Of a stretch of DNA of 50,796 nucleotides, positions 45,602 through 50,796 are shown piece by piece. The stretch is taken from the NCBI GenBank assembly GCA_030615105.1, contig JAUWZV010000002.1:1-50796 (forward strand). Direction: 5' to 3'. Below the pieces are notes generated by a model. It had not been told where the DNA came from. It worked only from the letters and a program-made list of their open reading frames with translations, and did no database searches. Positions within the stretch are counted from its first letter, which is position 1; every line of letters begins with the position of its first letter. Source of the DNA: Desulfobacteraceae bacterium (GTDB taxonomy: Bacteria > Desulfobacterota > DSM-4660 > Desulfatiglandales > B25-G16). A program made the position numbers and the translations under genes.

Positions 45602-46174
45602 CTATATACCGAATTTAGTTTTCAATTCTTTTAATAGGGCTTTAAATGCCTTGACTTTCTCTGATTCCAGGTCATCGGGAAATATATCGCTCACTTGACC
45701 TGACAGGTCTACTAATCTAATAGATGCTTGGGCAGCAGCCGTTAGTTTTGCTGCCTTCCTGAATTCAAAGGGCACTAATTTTATCTTGCGAGTGGCTAGC
45801 TCTTTGACTACGTTAAGCTCCTTCTTCATTATTCTTTTCCATCTTTCATACTCTCCTTCAAGAACATAATCCCCGTTTCTACCTGCCTCGCCTGGGACCA
45901 TTCTAACTGAGTGGCATTCACCGTGCCATAAATCTATGAAAATAAAAATATCGTTATCTAATCCGGCCTGAGGGTCAGACTTAAGAACCAGAACCACTGA
46001 GCCTTCCCAGTTTTTAGCAATCTCTTTGTATCGTTCATCCCCTTGAATCTTTTTTTCAAATTCAGAAACCCATTCCGGAGTACCCACTATGTAAGGTTTT
46101 TGTTCTGATTTTTTTCTTTCCTCAACTATTTTGGCATAATTTTCATCCCATTCTTTAGTTCCATATTGATACAT
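45602..46174 (-). CDS. SCP2-like domain protein (hypothetical)
   Basis: FIDLWHGEC...GDYVLEGEYERWKRIMKKELNVVKELATRKIKL fits the SCP2 sterol-carrier-like C-terminal pattern. The function is unknown. Confidence 0.45.
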   Translation of the reverse strand: MYQYGTKEWDENYAKIVEERKKSEQKPYIVGTPEWVSEFEKKIQGDERYKEIAKNWEGSVVLVLKSDPQAGLDNDIFIFIDLWHGECHSVRMVPGEAGRNGDYVLEGEYERWKRIMKKELNVVKELATRKIKLVPFEFRKAAKLTAAAQASIRLVDLSGQVSDIFPDDLESEKVKAFKALLKELKTKFGI

Positions 46175-46762
46175 AATGTAACCTCCTTATATTTATAATC
46201 TATTAATCCTATCATGTTTTTACATCACCATCAAGAAATAGAAAGGCCACAAAGTCCAGGGTAACGTCAAGGTTAAGGGTATGAGTATCTCTTTTTTTGC
46301 TTTATTTCCTTAAACACGTCTCTGTATGGGGCCTCTTCAAAATAGTGTATTTCCGACCAATCAATAGAATCCATTTCTAAAGCCTATATACACCATTTTG
46401 AAACGACCATTAGATTCACCTATATAAGGACATAATAAAAAAGAGATACACATACTCAACAATAAGCTTAGAAATTAATAGGGTATGTTTTAGTTTGAAG
46501 TGACTCTGTCACAAAGTCGGGCCTCGTTTATCGGCAAGGTTTCATTGAGTTTAGGATCTGGCTCGTTGCCAGCATTATTCTTTTCCACTGATCTAATAGG
46601 CCGTTGTTGTCTGTTTCCCTTCAAATTATTTGTAACGTTCAAATGTTTAGGTCCAATTTTCTTCTTGGCTACTACAAAACACAGCGGAATCTTTTATCTG
46701 ATATCGCCTTTCGGAAACAGCCATTAACCCTAAACCTTAATGCCTCTGCCTTAGAACATTGC

Positions 46763-48325
46763 CTATTTATTAGGCATTTGCGACATAATATATTCTGCCA
46801 TAGCGGTGATAGTTAGGCTCGGATTCACCCCAATATTAACAGGTACATTGGAGCCATCCACAATGTAGAGATTGGGGTAACCATGGATTTCTCCAGTAAA
46901 ATCTACTACTCCTTTTTCAGGGGTTTCGCCCATCACAGCTCCGCCTAATATATGGGCTGTGGTTGGGACGTCGAAAAGCACCTCTGGCCATGAACTCATG
47001 GGCTGACCGTCTATTTTTTCACCCATATGCCTAGCAATCTTGTTGGCGATGGGAATATAAGATGGTATTTTTTTAGATCCAGGCACAAGTTCAGAATTCA
47101 TACTTCGTTTACCCAAACGCCACCAACGACGCTTGTAATCAAAACGAATGTGATTCTCTAATGTCTGCATAACCAGCAGAATAGGCGTCCGCGCCCCCCA
47201 GCCAAAGATCCAAAGGGATTTCAAAAACTTTAATGGATGTCGCAATACATTACCAAGAAATCTCACCCAACGAGGCATGCGACCGCCGCCATCAGTAAGT
47301 AATGTTCCCAAAATCCCCATAACATCGGAGCCTTTATTAAACCGCACAACTTCAACATGAGTATTTTCATCTGGATAAATCCCTGATGTAATTGCGATTT
47401 GATCGGAATAATCCGCGTGCTTATCGTTGGCTCTTACGCTAAGCAAAGCTTCAGAGTTGGTACGAACAAAGTTACCCAATTGATCAGAAAGTCTGGGCAG
47501 CAGGCCTTTGCTTTTGCACTCCATGAGTAATTTTACAGATCCCATGACCCCCCCACTGAACACAACACCATAAGCTTGGAAGATTTTTTTTGGATGACGA
47601 AAACCAGTCGATTTTCTGCTAAGAACTTCGTAGCCTTCATCTAAAGGACGAACGCCAATGACTTCCGTTTCAGGATAAATCGCAACACCATACTTATTTT
47701 CTGCCAGATAAAGGTAGTTTTTATCAAGCGTATTTTTACCACCAACGGGGCATCCAATCATACATGCACCGCAGAAAGTACAACCTGTTCTTTCCGGGCC
47801 TTCCCCATGGAAATAAGGATCGGGTACTGTTTTATCCGGTTCGCCGAAGAAAACGCCTACCTCATTGATATGGAAAGTATCTTCCCCACGGATTTCTTTT
47901 CCAATTTCCGCCAAAATTTCATCCGCCTTTCCTACCCGAGGACAGGGGATTGCTCCTAGCATCCGCTTAGCTCGATCATAAAAGGGTGCTAATTTCGCTT
48001 TCCAGTCGCCCGGTCCCCATTCTGGCTTCTTAAAAACCTCATCTGACGGCACGAGTAGCTGGTTGCAATAATTGAGACTTCCGCCACCGACACCAGCGCC
48101 ATGAAGAATAAAAACGTGTTTGAGTAACGAAAGAACCCAGATACCATAAAGCCCTAACTGAGATATCCATAAATATTTACGAAGATTCCAATTGGTATGG
48201 GGAAAGTCTTTAGTGCCATAGCGTTTGCCTTTTTCCAAAACTACTACCTTGTAACCTTTCTCAGCCAAACGCAATGCGGAAACACTTCCTCCAAAACCTG
48301 ATCCAATAATGACATAATCGTACAT
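46763..48325 (-). CDS. GMC-family FAD oxidoreductase (cholesterol-oxidase-like)
   Basis: YDYVIIGSGFGGSVSALRLAEKGYKVVVLEKG (FAD fold) and C-terminal NLYIVDGSNVPVNIGVNPSLTITAMAE. The ATG at 48325 follows an RBS (aaggag). Confidence 0.85.
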   Translation of the reverse strand: MYDYVIIGSGFGGSVSALRLAEKGYKVVVLEKGKRYGTKDFPHTNWNLRKYLWISQLGLYGIWVLSLLKHVFILHGAGVGGGSLNYCNQLLVPSDEVFKKPEWGPGDWKAKLAPFYDRAKRMLGAIPCPRVGKADEILAEIGKEIRGEDTFHINEVGVFFGEPDKTVPDPYFHGEGPERTGCTFCGACMIGCPVGGKNTLDKNYLYLAENKYGVAIYPETEVIGVRPLDEGYEVLSRKSTGFRHPKKIFQAYGVVFSGGVMGSVKLLMECKSKGLLPRLSDQLGNFVRTNSEALLSVRANDKHADYSDQIAITSGIYPDENTHVEVVRFNKGSDVMGILGTLLTDGGGRMPRWVRFLGNVLRHPLKFLKSLWIFGWGARTPILLVMQTLENHIRFDYKRRWWRLGKRSMNSELVPGSKKIPSYIPIANKIARHMGEKIDGQPMSSWPEVLFDVPTTAHILGGAVMGETPEKGVVDFTGEIHGYPNLYIVDGSNVPVNIGVNPSLTITAMAEYIMSQMPNK

Positions 48326-48454
48326 TATTTCTCCTTTGCTATGCATAAACATTTACTAACGTTCAAAAGTCGAGTCGCAATATTTATTTTTTTGGGTAAA
48401 ATATTTAATGTTTAATAAGGCATACCCATATTTCTAGAGTTTTTGTGGGTTTGA

Positions 48455-49243
48455 TCAAGAACTATTGTTATGTTTTTTATTCAGAAAAGCGGCAAGCCCT
48501 CTCTCGTGATCTTTTGAATAGGTAGTAAGAAGAAACTGATCTGCATCCATATAAATACCTGCTCTATCAAGAGCAGCGGTTATAGTGGTTATGGCCTGTT
48601 TTGTCATAGAAACGGGTATAGGCGGTTTTTTGAGAATCTTCTCACCCAGAGCTATAGCAGCTTCCATAGTTGTTCCATCCGTAACCACCTCTTCAGCAAG
48701 ACCCCACGCCAGGCATTTTTTTGCCGACACCCGCTCCCCCAACAAGATCATTTGTTTGGTCTTAGCAGGCCCTATAAGATGAAGTAATCGAGGAATGGAG
48801 CCCCAGCTATAATTTAATCCCAATTCAATCTCAGGTATACGCATGAATGCAGACTGTCCCATGATTCGAAAATCACAGGAAATCACGAGTGAGACACCAC
48901 CTCCCACGCAAAATCCCTCGATAGCTGCAATGGTGACCGGCTCAGTTTCTTCCCAGGCGCGGCAGGCACGCGGTCCTAACATGACCCGTTCTCGCCTTTC
49001 ATCCATAGTCCCACTTACCATTTTTTGGACCTCTGGATCCTTGAGGTCCAAACCGGCACTGAACACCTCTGAAGCCCCGGTCAGGATAACAACACGGATA
49101 CCTGGATCATTCTGAAAGCTCAAAGCAACCTCTTTGAGTTCCCTGAGCATAAGCACAGATAGGGTATTTAATGGTTTCGGTCGGTTCAGGGTCACCGTAA
49201 CCAGAGACCCCTCTCTTTCAACGATCAGCTCACTATATTTCAT
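48455..49243 (-). CDS. Enoyl-CoA hydratase/isomerase (crotonase) family
   Basis: VVILTGASEVFSAGLDL and AAIEGFCVGGG motifs. Confidence 0.85.
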   Translation of the reverse strand: MKYSELIVEREGSLVTVTLNRPKPLNTLSVLMLRELKEVALSFQNDPGIRVVILTGASEVFSAGLDLKDPEVQKMVSGTMDERRERVMLGPRACRAWEETEPVTIAAIEGFCVGGGVSLVISCDFRIMGQSAFMRIPEIELGLNYSWGSIPRLLHLIGPAKTKQMILLGERVSAKKCLAWGLAEEVVTDGTTMEAAIALGEKILKKPPIPVSMTKQAITTITAALDRAGIYMDADQFLLTTYSKDHERGLAAFLNKKHNNSS

Positions 49244-49341
49244 GGAACAACCTCCATCTTAATAAATGCTTGGCATAACAATCATCCACCCTACCCTATT
49301 CTCTTAAGGAGCAAATAATGACCTTGAGAGTTTAGCAATGT

Positions 49342-50796
49342 TCATTTTTGAGCTAATTTAGACTTTCTCATAGAGCCTTTAGCCCTTGTAGACCGATCCC
49401 GTTTCGGAGCTGGCGGGAAATACAGAGAAAAAGTGGTTCCCCCTGAATGATGACAATCTTCTTTGTTTGTGCAAAAGGTGCAAATGCTAATCCTGCCAGG
49501 ACAGATATCACTCTCTTTGGGTATAAATCGACACCTTGAAGAGGTCATATCTATCTTGAAATTATACCGCTCGGAGAATATTTTCATACGTAACAGGTCC
49601 GCCCCTTTCCCCCCGGCATTAAAATCATAAGGTCTTTTTGAGGAATAGCCCATCGCATCTTGTGTAGCAAAGAAACCTTCAAATATCCGTCTCTGAGCTT
49701 CTTCTATAATACCAACGCCGTAGTCACGCACCTCCAATTCAGAACCTTTTCCTTTTTTTTGGACAACGACTTCTATCTTACCCTCATCAGGAGTATTTTC
49801 TATGGCATTCTTTATCAGGCCATCAATCACCTTTTGCAAAGGATCCAGAGGTACATATATGGGTAGTGTAGGAGCAAGGTTGCTTATGATTTCAACCTGG
49901 CGGTGTGAAAATAATAGTTCAACACACTTAAGTCTTTCCTTGACATATTCATCCAGAAAAACTTCTTCTGGTACGATCTCTTTGGGGCCAAATATTTCTT
50001 CAATGCGTTTTCTAACACGTTCAATTATGGGAATCTCTCCAACCTCCTCAGCAATAAGACTTTCCAATTCATCGGTGTACTGATCGAGTATCAGGGAAAG
50101 GAGACCGTAGGTCTTGTGTTGTTTATCCCGCATAATATCTTCCACCTCGTACTCAATATCCTTTATGCGATCCAGATTCCTTTGGGCCCTTTCTATGGCC
50201 GGCTTCCAGGTCTCTTCAGGAAGAGCCACCAATTTTCTTGTTAGTATGTTTAAAGAACTAGCCAGGACTGCGACAGGTGTCTTCAATTCATGGGATAGGT
50301 GGTTGATAACGTTGTCTTTTGCCCGGTTCAAGCTTGTAACCTCCTTGTATGCCTTTTTTAGCTCATTAGAAACCCTGGCATTTTCAACAGAAAGGGCAAC
50401 GGTTCCCCCTATCATGCCTAATAGATCAACATCTGTGTTATCAAAAACCCCTTCCTTTTTATTGATGGCACATAAAACCCCTATAATTCGATCACTACTT
50501 CTCAAAGGTACATCCAGCATATTACGGGAATCATATTCAAGTTGCTTATCCACTACTGAATAAAAATTCGGATCTTTGGATGTATCATGAACAATGATTG
50601 GTTTACCAGTTTTGATGACTTTACCTGATATACCTTTATCTGCAGGAAAACGAATCTCTTTTGCTCTTTTCTCGGTGTCTCTATCCTCATAGGCCGTTCC
50701 CAAAAAAAAGAGTTCCTTCTTCTCCTCATCCAGCAATATGACAATCGCCCCATCAACGTTCAGGAGTCGTTTAATCTCACTGCTGATGTAATCCAG
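49342..50796 (-). CDS. GAF-domain sensor histidine kinase, N-terminus outside the window
   Basis: The frame stays open to base 50796. It has a GAF-like N-terminal part, an H-box (LSHELKTPVAVL), an N-box (LIKNAIENTP) and G-box remnants. A Cys/His-rich segment lies near the C-terminus. Confidence 0.8.
   Translation of the reverse strand: MDYISSEIKRLLNVDGAIVILLDEEKKELFFLGTAYEDRDTEKRAKEIRFPADKGISGKVIKTGKPIIVHDTSKDPNFYSVVDKQLEYDSRNMLDVPLRSSDRIIGVLCAINKKEGVFDNTDVDLLGMIGGTVALSVENARVSNELKKAYKEVTSLNRAKDNVINHLSHELKTPVAVLASSLNILTRKLVALPEETWKPAIERAQRNLDRIKDIEYEVEDIMRDKQHKTYGLLSLILDQYTDELESLIAEEVGEIPIIERVRKRIEEIFGPKEIVPEEVFLDEYVKERLKCVELLFSHRQVEIISNLAPTLPIYVPLDPLQKVIDGLIKNAIENTPDEGKIEVVVQKKGKGSELEVRDYGVGIIEEAQRRIFEGFFATQDAMGYSSKRPYDFNAGGKGADLLRMKIFSERYNFKIDMTSSRCRFIPKESDICPGRISICTFCTNKEDCHHSGGTTFSLYFPPAPKRDRSTRAKGSMRKSKLAQK

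Noticed and set aside
46175-46762. ORFs 46500-46727 and 46604-46816, plus a 33-codon minus-strand ORF near 46373
   Set aside because: They have hydrophobic or low-complexity translations without motifs, and one overlaps the 3' end of the GMC gene. I treat the region as intergenic or promoter sequence.
1-50796. tRNA, rRNA, CRISPR, retron/DGR or toxin-antitoxin style defence modules
   Set aside because: I saw no T-loop-like GGTTCGAATCC motif, no rRNA-like stretch, no spaced direct-repeat array and no reverse transcriptase ORF. A visual scan without tools does not prove their absence.

Overview
The window has three parts. (1) Bases 1 to 30.9 kb are one long plus-strand Wzx/Wzy-type exopolysaccharide (EPS) locus. 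Its front end resembles PEP-CTERM-type EPS loci: a TPR protein, a Wzz/GumC-like chain-length determinant, an ExeA-like AAA ATPase with a LysM tail, a BY-kinase-like ATPase, a Wza-like export lipoprotein and a priming sugar transferase. Next come a WbpB/WbpD/WbpE-like trio for a 2,3-diacetamido sugar, glycosyltransferases, uridine kinase, a Wzy-like polymerase and a Wzx-like flippase. No exosortase lies in the window. Embedded co-directionally in this operon is a carrier-protein assembly line: an Sfp-type PPTase, a Tat-signal nitroreductase-fold protein, an NRPS A-PCP protein and a PKS KS-AT-CP-TE protein. I rate this the most unusual system in the window. Base composition is visibly mosaic. 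An AT-rich cassette is bounded by gene stumps (an AsnB N-terminus and a GT4 C-terminus) and a truncated serine recombinase. (2) Bases 30.9 to 33.1 kb are an insertion-sequence graveyard. A decayed IS5-family transposase gene is riddled with a family of short elements that share a 15-bp terminal inverted repeat. One of these elements carries an 84-aa GIY-YIG nuclease gene. A 29-nt hairpin repeat and an IS630 stump are also present. (3) Bases 33.1 to 50.8 kb hold a giant secreted beta-helix protein and two decayed paralogue stumps, one of them cut by an IS200/IS605 element. They also hold an SDR epimerase, an atypical receiver protein, an anaerobe-type catabolic cluster (tungsten-type aldehyde:ferredoxin oxidoreductase, acyl-CoA ligase, MoaD-like protein, GMC oxidoreductase, crotonase) and a partial GAF histidine kinase. 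I saw no tRNA, rRNA or CRISPR array. A Desulfobacterota-like anaerobe is only an inference from gene content. All calls rest on motif reading of the supplied translations; no database search was run.
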